The notes below the pieces were generated by a model. It was not told the origin of the DNA, did no database searches, and saw nothing but the letters and a program-made list of their open reading frames with translations. A stretch of 64,000 bases of DNA from Octopus vulgaris (Eukaryota). Each line of letters starts with the position of its first letter. Positions within the stretch are counted from its first letter, which is position 1. This document shows, piece after piece, positions 11,777 to 23,169 of this stretch. A program made the translations under genes and the position numbers. Location: NCBI GenBank assembly GCA_951406725.2, contig OX597817.1:157418001-157482000 (forward strand), written 5' to 3'.

Positions 11777-13694
11777 GAAATATTAAAATTACTAAGTCTC
11801 TCTAAAAGAGAACAGCGGCAGCGTTCCCGGAAAATAATAGTTATCGCCATACTAATATGGCATTCTTATAAAAATAAGAATAAAGCTGTCCGCTTATTAG
11901 CTCCATGAGGCCATCGCCTTAAGTTAGCTATTTGATACACAAACAGTATCCGTATAACCTTCGAACAAGGGAGGTCAGTCGCTCCACACTACTTGACCGG
12001 CAGCTACAGACGCGTTTCGGGGTATTGCCCCTTTTCAATGCAGCGTAGCCAGCCAGTAGGTGTCGCTTCCGACAATCTCTGTTCGATGGTTTTATTTACC
12101 TAGTTTCGGTGGAATACATCCACTTGTTTTCAATAATAGAAATATTAAAATTACTAAGTCTCTCTAAAAGAGAACAGTGGCAGCGTTCCCGGAAAATAAT
12201 AGTTATCGCCATATTCTTATAAAAATAAGAATAAAGCTGTCCGCTTATTAGCTCCATGAGGCCATCGCCTTAAGTTAGCTATTTGATACACAAACTGTAT
12301 CCATATAACCTTCGAACAAGGGAGGTCAGTCGCTCCACACTACTTGACCGGCAGCTACAGACGCGTTTCGGGGTATTGCCCCTTTTCAATGCAGCGTAGC
12401 CAGCCAGTAGGTGTCGCTTCCGACAATCTCTCTTCGGTGGTTTTATTTACCTAGTTTCGTTGGAATACATCCACTTGTTTTCAATAATAGAAATATTAAA
12501 ATTACTAAGTCTCTCTAAAAGAGAACAGCGGCAGCGTTCCCGGAAAATAATAGTTATCGCCATACTAATATGGCATTCTTATAAAAATAAGGATAAAGCT
12601 GTCCGCTTATTAGCTCCATGAGGCCATCGCCTTAAGTTAGCTATTTGATACACAAACTGTATCCATATAACCTTCGAACAAGGGAGGTCAGTCGCTCCAC
12701 ACTACTTGACCGGCAGCTACAGACGCGTTTCGGGGTATTGCCCCTTTTCAATGCAGCGTAGCCAGCCAGTAGGTGTCGCTTCCGACAATCTCTGTTCGGT
12801 GGTTTTATTTACCTAGTTTCGTTGGAATACATCCACTTGTTTTCAATAATAGAAATATTAAAATTACTAAGTCTCTCTAATAGCTAACTTAAGGCGATGG
12901 CCTCATGGAGCTAATAAGCGGACAGCTTTATTCTTATTTTTATAAGAATGCCATATTAGTATGGCGATAACTATTATTTTCCGGGAACGCTGCCGCTGTT
13001 CTCTTTTAGAGAGACTTAGTAATTTTAATATTTCTATTATTGAAAACAAGTGGATGTATTCCAACGAAACTAGGTAAATAAAACCATCGAACAGAGATTG
13101 CCGGAAGCGACACCTACTGGCTGGCTACGCTGCATTGAAAAGGGGCAATACCCCGAAACGCGTCTGTAGCTGCCGGTCAAGTAGTGTGGAGCGACTGACC
13201 TCCCTTGTTCGAAGGTTATATGGATACAGTTTGTGTATCAAATAGCTAACTTAAGGCGATGGCCTCATGGAGCTAATAAGCGGACAGCTTTATTCTTATT
13301 TTTATAAGAATGCCATATTAGTATGGCGATAACTATTATTTTCCGGGAACGCTGCCGCTGTTCTCTTTTAGAGAGAGTTAGTAATTTTAATATTTCTATT
13401 ATTGAAAACAAGTGGATGTATTCCACCGAAACTAGGTAAATAAAACCATCGAACAGAGATTGTCGGAAGCGACACCTACTGGCTGGCTACGCTGCATTGA
13501 AAAGGGGCAATACCCGAAACGCGTCTGTAGCTGCCGGTCAAGTAGTGTGGAGCGACTGACCTCCCTTGTTCGAAGGTTATATGGATACAGTTTGTGTATC
13601 AAATAGCTAACTTAAGGCGATGGCCTCATGGAGCTAATAAGCGGACAGCTTTATTCTTATTTTTATAAGAATGCCATATTAGTATGGCGATAAC

Positions 13695-13746
<52 letters not shown>

Positions 13747-16700
13747 TTCACCGTTAATGCTTCTGTATTTCATGTTTCTGTATTCCATTATTGTTTTTTG
13801 TTTTTTTTATATCTGTCCCTTTTGCTGTCCTGGTGTTCGTATGCATTCGATCCTTCTTCCAGGAAATCTACGCTTCCAGCTTAGTTTTTCTAATGCTCGT
13901 TGCTTAGTTTTTCTTGGAGGGCTGGCCGTGATCTAGTAATCTCAAGATTAATCAGCCGAAATTACTACGATGATCCGGTTCTTGACTGAAGACTGAGGGT
14001 TTCGAATGTCCTGTCCGTGTTTATTGTATCGTCTTCTAAGAGTTATACGTTCTTGTCCATGTTGTATTTTTCTACATACCTTAATATATATATATATATA
14101 TGCATATATATAAAACAGATATTAAAGCATGATAATGATGATGTTGATAGCAATAGTGATGATACACACACACATATACTTGTAGTAAGTATAGTATATA
14201 TGATATATAAAACATCAACCCCTTTGATACCAACCTGTCTGAGATTGCCTCTGGTTCTATGAAACAAAACTTTCTGTTTTAAAACTGATGTAAGTTAAAA
14301 CCTTCCATAAAAATTACAAATTAATTCATGTTTTAAATATACACTTAATGGTAACAAAATTATTTTAGGAAATTCCTCATTATTTTCATAATTGACTGAG
14401 ACTTGTGTAATTCAACAGAGATTTTGACAACAAAAGGGTTAGCATAATATATAGGAGTTCACAATATACATTATACGTTGTATATAATATACATTATATA
14501 TTGTAGTGCACCAACATAATCATGAAATGTGGAGCACAGTCACTAGTATACTATTGGGTTTTCTGGAAAGTTCATGCTGATTTTTAATCAACCAAATATG
14601 AACCATTTTGTTCCACAATGCGTCTCCATCTTTCCTTTAACTTGAAAATACCCTCTTCCCAGAATTGAGGTGGTTTCATGGCAAAGAATTCATCAAGGTA
14701 TCTTTTTACGTCATCCAGAGAATTGAAATTTTTACCATTAAGACTATTCTGCAGAGACCTGAATAAGTGGAAATCCGTATGAGCAATATCTGGTGAATAT
14801 GGAGGGTCGGGTAACACATCCCAGCCGAGCTGCAGCAATTTTTGTCTGGTTCCCAAAGCATCCAGTGCCGAAAATGAACTTTCTTATCTTCCATTTTAAA
14901 GGGTTACAAAATTAACACAAGTTATAGGAACATAAATCTTCTTCAATGAACAGATAGCTTAAACTGTACTCTAAATGGAGGTGTATTCAAATCCTATTTT
15001 ATGGACTCTACCATGTTCTAAAATAAGTCGAAAGGTAAGCTACTATAAATCGGCACAAACTTTCCGGACAACCCAATACTTTGATAAAGAGAAGACATCA
15101 ATATATTAAAGTAGTGTAGATTAGTCCTTCCATCTTTGAGTCTTCGACCCCTGATGGAATCATAGGAGCACCATTACAGTGTGTTTTGGGCATCCATCTC
15201 CAGATCTGGTTGTTGATTTCTTCCTGTGTCAATGACACAAGAAGCAATCTAGTACTGAGTCAGTACTTTGTTTATCAACTGCAAAAGAATGGAAAAAACA
15301 AAGTTGACCTCAGCAGGATTTGAGCTCAGAACAGAGAGAGAGAGTCAGAGCATCTGTAACCACTCTGCCATATGTTTGATTGTGAATTAGCAGAGTGCTG
15401 TAACCATTCTGCTATTTCGCAATCACCCATATATTACTCTAGTATAGCCATCAGTGTACTAATGTATTGTAGAATAGTCACCAGTGTATTATTAATGCTA
15501 TGTAGAACAGTCATCAGTCTACTAGCATAATATGATAGTCTCCACTGTACTAGAATAATCTATATATATAAAACTGTAGTTGTGTGAGTGTCTGTCCCCT
15601 TCGATTTAGATTCCTAACTACTCCCACATTTTGCAGTGCAGTTTAACCAAATTCGGGTATCTTATAGTCGTGATTCATATCGAGCCCTTCTGGGTATTAG
15701 CGCGCATCTACGATGAGTCTATGATTTTAAAAATAATTTAACATAATTTTTTATTCCATTTTAATGCATAATTTTTCGTGTGTCGATGGCAGCGGAGTTG
15801 GCGTCCATGGTCACACCTGCACCTGTGTTGCTTCTCCCCCTTCTTCCCTCCCTCGTGAAGCTGTGGGGAAGGGAGTGTAAGGAAATCAACGTCGTAAAGC
15901 GTTGTCAAGGAGACCAGCGTTCTTTTAGAACAACGACTTCATGGCTTGAAGTCGCCAAAACAGAAAAGGCTAAGAAAGCCTGAATTGGCATCTATAAGGG
16001 AAGTAACTCTCTAAAAATGCTTATATAGTTATTTCCCTTACAAACCCGAGCAACGCCAGGCGATACTGCTAGTGTAGGATATTATGAGAGTAGAGCTAAT
16101 CTTTTTGTTAGTCACACAGATCAGTGGTGCAAGTAAATGTCAATGGCAGTAAATAGTTACGCAGGATGGAATCTGTATGTCGCAGGTAACTTTACCCACA
16201 GGAAGAATTGAACTCAGTACTGATAGGTGCAAGTGTGACTGTGTGGTTGAGAAGTTTGCTTTCTGACCACATGGTTTTGGGTTCAGTCCCATTGTGTGGC
16301 ACCTTGGCAATGTTTTCTACTGTAGTCTCAGGGTCAACCAAAGGCTTCATCATCATCATCATCATCATCATCATCGTTTAACGTCCGCTTTCCATGCTAG
16401 CATGGGCTGGACGATTTGACTGAGGACTGGCGAACCAGATGGCTGCGCCACTCTTGATCTGGCAGAGTTTCTACAGCTAGATGCCCTTCCTAACGCCAAC
16501 CACTCTGAGAGTGTAGTGGGTGCTTTTACGTGCCACCGTCACAATGGCCAGTCAGGCAGTACTGGCAATTACCTTGCTCGAATCTTTTACACATGCCACC
16601 GGCACAGGTTCCTGGAGTGGATATTTGGTAGACAAAAGCTGAAAGAGCCTGTTGTGTGTGTGTGTGTGAGAGAGAGAGAGAGGGAGAGAGAGTTTGTCAC

Positions 16701-19700
16701 TGTGTCTCTTTGCCTTGACATCATGTGATAGTTGTAAATGAGTGTCAGTCATACAAGCAATGCCAGCCATTTCCAATATTCTGCAAAAATGTCTGGTCAC
16801 AAAGAAATATTACCTTGTTTGGGAACAGGTAAGAGTTGTCAACATGAAGGGTCTCTGGCAGTAGAAAATCCATCTCAATACACTCCATCCAACCAAAGTA
16901 AGCATGAGATAGTGGACATTAAAATTATGCTGATATTGACAATTATAAGCAAGTAATAATAATAATAATAATGAAATTATTGTAAACAGTGCTCAGGTGC
17001 ACCACAACTTGTCAAAAGTGCGCATAAAGCATATGCAGTAATGTACAAATGTCTGGAAAGCGAACAATGCATGAGTTAGATAGATGCTTGTGTGTGTATG
17101 GAGGGGAGAAAATCAGGTGTAGTGTTGGCGAATCTCAGGAAGCATGGAAGTTTTGAAGGATGCAGTGCTCCAACAACTAAAAACTGATGCCGGCAGTTTG
17201 TTCCATGCTTCAGCAACTCTTAGTGTGAAAAAATGTTTCCTGAAGTCATGGGAGCTGTGCTGTTTTCTTACTTTGTAAATATGTCCACGGGTGTTAGACA
17301 GGTGGAGTTTGAAAAGGTGCTCAGAGTTATTGTTTGTAAGATGGTTAATAATTTTATGGGTGTCTGCCAAGTCAGCTGCCAGATGTCAGAGTTTCAATAT
17401 ATCCATGCCCAGGGAAGTAAGGTGTGTCCCCCTACACAACTGCTGCTGCTTACAACACTAAGTTGTACTATTCTGTGATATTTGATTAGGTTCAGAAATT
17501 GGCTATACTTCTCTGTAGTCAGAGTAGTGAATTTAATTACATATTAAATCTAATTCTAATTAAGTGCTTGTAGTACATAATTAGAGTTAGATTCAGGTGG
17601 TATTTATTTATAATAGTGGATTGTATTGTATTGCCCTTATTCAGTCCACTGCAGGACGAAGGCCTCAGCATACTCTCTCCACTTACAATAGTCTGATGTG
17701 GAGGCCATGACTTTGAATTATATTGGTTTGATGATCCTACTCTGTCACACTTGGCAGAAGGGTGCTGTTTTTTTTTATACTCTTACCCAGGATTAGTTAA
17801 GTTGATTACATCAACCCCATTGCCCAACCGGTACTCATTTTATTGACTCTGGAGGGGATTAAAGGCAAAATTGACCTCGGCAGAATTTGAACTCAGAACG
17901 TAAGGATGGATGAAATACCACCAAGCATTTCGCCTAGTGTGCTGATGATTCTGCCTGCTTGCCACTTGATAGACTGTTTCACCCTATACAGTGATAATTT
18001 TCATATATCATTCTGTGGCATTTTCTATCCACCCCAAGATCTAGTCCATGTTGTGGCATGGTGGCTTGTGTGTCACAATGACCCTCAGAGCTATGCCAGC
18101 AGAGTGCAAGCTCCTTGGTGGGGTCTCCCATGCTGGACAGATCAAAGGATAGAGGCCAGACTAATATGGACTACCTTTTCCCAGAGTTAAAAATTGGCTT
18201 TGCATTGGGCCAATACCCCTTACTTACAAAAACGCAGAGTTACAGAAGCATGAATGACAATTTAAAACCAACAAGACCTGGGAGAGGAAGGCCATACCTC
18301 TAGGTAACATACAATGCAGTGCAATGAAATCCAAAAGGCAGCTATAAAGAAAAGCAGGGTCCAGTTGGAGAGAGACAGAAAAGACAGCCCAAAGTTGGGA
18401 ACAGACAAGACAAGTCATAAATAACCTATGCTCCATAGGGAGCAAAGGGTTTAATCAATCCTACTACACACTCAGTGTTAGGGGTGTCGTTCCATCTTTT
18501 TCCTCAGTGTGAAACTAATACACCTTGCTTGCTGTTCCCTCACCTCTCACTCTCTTCTCTTTTTTGTACAATTTTGAGCCATATATAGTATATCGTGGAG
18601 GTGCAATGGCCCAGTGGTTAGGGCAGCAGACTCATGGTTGTAGGATCACAGTTTTGATTCCCAGACCGTGCGTTGTGAGTGTTTATTAAGCGAAAACACC
18701 TGAAGCTCCATGAGGCTCTGGCAGGGGTCGGTGGCGATCCCTGCTGTACTCCTTCGCCACAACTTTCTCTCACTCTTTCTTCTGTTGGCCTGCTCGCTTA
18801 GCCAGCCGGATGGCATCATTTGAAAGCTAAAACAATGTGAAGCGCATTGTGACCAGCGAAGTGTAGCAACATCTGATAGCCTGGTCGGTCACGGTGGTCA
18901 CGGTGATATAGCACATCACATTAGTATGATTACATGATTTACTAATAATGTAACATTAAAAAATTTCCCATTCATGTCTCTGTAAAGAACGATGGTTTTC
19001 ATATCAACTGTGACAGATAATTAAACCAGCGTAGCTCACAAATTATTTTATGTATTATCAAGCTAATCAAATATTTGCTTCTGGTTACAGGACTCCTGGA
19101 GGTTAACCCTGAGGTTTCTGAAGCCTTACATCTTGGCCAACCAGTTGTTGCGTTGGAGAGTACCATAATTAGTCATGGAATGCCATATCCACACAACCTC
19201 AGGTAATTACAATAACGAACTTTGATTCATCATCATCATTGTTTAACATCCGCTTTCCATGCTAGCATGAGTTGGACAAATTGACTGCGGACTGGTGAAC
19301 CAGATGGCTGCGCCAGGCTCCAATCTGATTTGGCAGAGTTTCTACAGCTGGATGCCCTTCCTAATGCCAACCACTCCGAGAGTGTAGTGGGTGCTTTTGA
19401 AGTGCCACCAGCACGAGGGCCAGTCTGGCGGTACTGGCAACGGCCATGCTCGAAAATGGTGTTTTTTATGTGCCACCTGCACAGGAGTCAGTCCAGCAGC
19501 ACTGGCAATGACCTCGCTCGAATGTTTTGTTCACATGCCACCGGCACAAGTACCAGTGAGGCGACGACTCAAATGGTGCTCTTTACGTGCCAGACAGCTG
19601 CTCTGGCAGTGATCCCATAGGTACCAGTCGTACTTTATTTATTTGATGCAAATATTTGTGCCGTTGTTAGTATCTTTGATGTTTCTCAGATTTTTATTTT

Positions 19701-22693
19701 ATTTCATTGAATCAAGATGTGAGAGGGTATGTTTCTGCACTTGGCATTGGAAAAGAATATCTAACCTGTTTTGTGCAAAATGACTGCCAAATTATTTTGT
19801 TGAACACAGTTAAGATAACAGAGGTAAATATTTGTTGCAGGTATCGTCATGTGATAAGAAGCTTGTTTCCCAACCACATGGTCCAGGTTCAGTCCCACTG
19901 TGTTGCACCTTGGGCAAGTGTCTTCTACTGTAGTCTCAAAACCACATTATTGGGATGCAAACTTCTTAACCACATAACCATGCTTGTATACGTAAAAAGA
20001 AAATGATGTCTGCATTGCTGCAAGAAAATAATGCAAAATATTTTCTCTAATTTTAGGACTGCCAAAAAAGTTGAAGAAATTGTCCGAAACAACCAATGTA
20101 TTCCTGCAACAGTAGCCATTCTAAATGGTAAAATCTGTGTTGGTAAGTGCTTTAATGGTATGTTGTGAGAAAGTTGTAATCAACATAAAAAACTCCAGTA
20201 TTTATGAATAAAGATGCATTTCATTTAATTAGTGATAAAATAGATTGGTTGAGATATTTATTGGAGGGCACTAATACTTCTCTATGATACTACTGTATAC
20301 TGTTTCCAAAAGTCATGGGAGCTGTGCTGTTTTCTGATTTTGTAGACATGCCCACATGTGTTTAGACACATGAAGCTCAAAAAGGTGCTCAAGGTGGTTG
20401 TTGGCATGATGGCGGTAGTTTATAGATATTTGGTTTTAGAATGTTAAATATTAAATATTAGATGAGATATGCAGTCATCATCATCACCACCACCACCACC
20501 ACCACCACCATCACCATCACCATCACCATCATCATCATCATCATCATCATCATCATTGGTTTTATATTCGGTTCTTTTTCCAAGCTGGCATAGGTTAGAT
20601 GAGAATTTTTGAGGTAATATTCTATGACTGGATGATCTTCTTGATGCAACTCTTGATTTTCAAGTACTTGCATATTGAGTTGCTGCTAGACATTCTCTTC
20701 ATGAGAGACATAAAGGCCAATGCCAAAGAGGTGACAATGTGAAGACACTGATACACACACACACACACAAACACAAATGTATATGCACATATATAAACAT
20801 GCATACACACACACATGCTATATACATATATATATTCTTTTACTCTTTTATTCTTTTACTTGTTTCAGTCATTTGACTGCAGCCATGCTGGAGCACCGCC
20901 TTTAGTCAAGCAAATCGACCCCAGGACTTATTCTTTGTAAGCCTAGTACTTATTCTATCAGTTTTTTTTTGCTGGACCACTAGGTTACGGGGACGTAAAC
21001 ACACCAGCATCGGTTCCCAAGCGATGTTGGTGGGGACAAACACAGACACACAAACACACACAACCCCCCCACACACACACACACGCATACACATATATGA
21101 CAAGCTTCTTCAGTTTCTATCTACCAAATCCATTTACAAGGCTTTTGTCAGTCTGAGGCTATAGTAAAAGACACTTGCCCAAGGTGCCATGCAGTGGGAC
21201 TGAACCCAGAAATATTATGAACTTACTGTATACAGTGCTCAGGTGCATGGCAAAATTGCATGAACAGTGCATAGAATAATGTACAGGAAGTGAACAGTGA
21301 ATGATTAGGGGTGAGGGCTGGGGGAATTAAAAAGCATGGAAGTTTTTAAGGCTGTAGTGTCCTGATAGCAAACAACTCATGCGAGTTGTTTATTCCATAC
21401 TTCAGCAATTCTGAGCATGGAAAAAGTTTTCAGAAAGTCATGTGTGCTGTGTTGTCTTTTGATTTTGTAAGTGTGTCCATAAGCATTAGACATCTGGAAT
21501 TCAAAAAGGTGCCCAAGGTTGTTTTTGGGAAGATAGTGAATAATCTTGCAGGTGTCTACCAAGTTAATTGCCAGACGTTGGAACTTTAATGTGTCCTTTC
21601 CCTAGGAAGCAAGATGTTCTGAATATGGTAAGTGCCTGATGACAGAGATTTGTCTGGTTGCACATTTCTAAACAGTTTCCAGGATGTTGATATACCAAGC
21701 AAATTAGGGGTTCCAAATTGGTGAAGCAAACTCTAAGTGTGAATGTACCATAGCCAACACACTAAAATAAGCTTCCATACAAGTATTTCATTCATATACC
21801 CTCCATCAGGCATTTGCCATATTCTGAATACCTTACTTCCCTGGGCATGGACACATTGAAACTCTGACGTCTGGCAGCTGACTTGGCAGACACCCATAAA
21901 ATTATTAACCATCTTACAAGCAATAACTCTAAGCACCTTTTCAAACTCCACCTGTTTAACACCCGTGGACATGTTTACAAAGTCAGAAAACAGCGCAGCT
22001 CCTATGACTTTTGGAAACATTTTTTCACACTAAGAGTTGCTGAAGCATGGAACAGATTGCCGGCATCAGTTGTTAGTTGTTGGAGCACTGCATCCTTCAA
22101 AACTTCCATGCTTCCTGAGATTCGCCAACACTACACCTGATTTTCTCCCCTCCATACACACACAAGCATGTATCTGACTCATACACTGTTCACTTTCCAC
22201 ACATTTGTACATTACTGCATATGCTTTATATGCACTTTTGACAAGTTGTAGTGCACCTGAGTACTGTATACAATAATTTCATTATTATTATTATTATTAT
22301 ATTCCACTCACAAGGTTTAGTCATCCTGAAGCTACAGTATAAGACTCTGGCCTAAAGTGCCATGCAGTAGGATCGAACCTCTGACCAAAGTTCTTAACTG
22401 CCTAGCTATGCCTGCACCAGTGATGTTATATATTAGAATAGACATGAAGTTTCTATGTTTCTGTTTTCATTTTACCCTGATAATTTTGCAGGACTTACTG
22501 GTCAACAGCTTGAGCAGGTTGCTGATCCAGCATTTGTCAGTCAGAAAGTATCAAGACGAGATCTGCCTTATATTGTTGCACAGGTAAAAACTGATACCAT
22601 TTTCTCTAATTGCTTATTTTACAGTTTGCCTAGAACCATACATCTGTTTTCCTCTTTCTCATAAATATCTTATGTGTGTCTGTGTGTATATAT

Positions 22694-22743
<50 letters not shown>

Positions 22744-23048
22744 ATAAAAATGGTAAGACAACAAAAGAATGAAAGAGACCTCGATATTATGTAAATAGAG
22801 GAATTCATGTGTAAATATAATATGTGACAATTATTCAGTAGCCATGATAAAACTCCGAGTTTTGGATGTCAGGGCGGAAATCAATGCTGCCATCTCTTCA
22901 GTTATCCGGCCTTTGGAAAAAATCTAATTTTCTCTAAAAGTTTCTTAGAGTATAATTCCATTGATGGTATAGGTATGTTTTTCATAGAATAATTGATGTA
23001 GTAGGCATCCATATTGAATTCTTCCCATAATTTATATATGTATGTATG

Positions 23049-23102
<54 letters not shown>

Positions 23103-23129
23103 GTGTGTCTGTGTATATATATGTGTGTG

Positions 23130-23169
<40 letters not shown>

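Noticed and set aside
11771-13700. CRISPR-like array or plain satellite
   Set aside because: Units are 362-bp near-identical copies with no unique spacers, in eukaryotic DNA; the ribozyme motif explains them better.
13910-14012. Hammerhead-like pieces GGCTG...CAGCC-GAAA and CTGAAGA in a (TA)n-flanked element
   Set aside because: The core elements are out of order or too degenerate to form one ribozyme.
21210-22300. Head-to-head CR1 copies suggesting a twin-priming inversion
   Set aside because: Both copies cover the same LINE region and differ markedly in divergence, so independent insertions are more likely.
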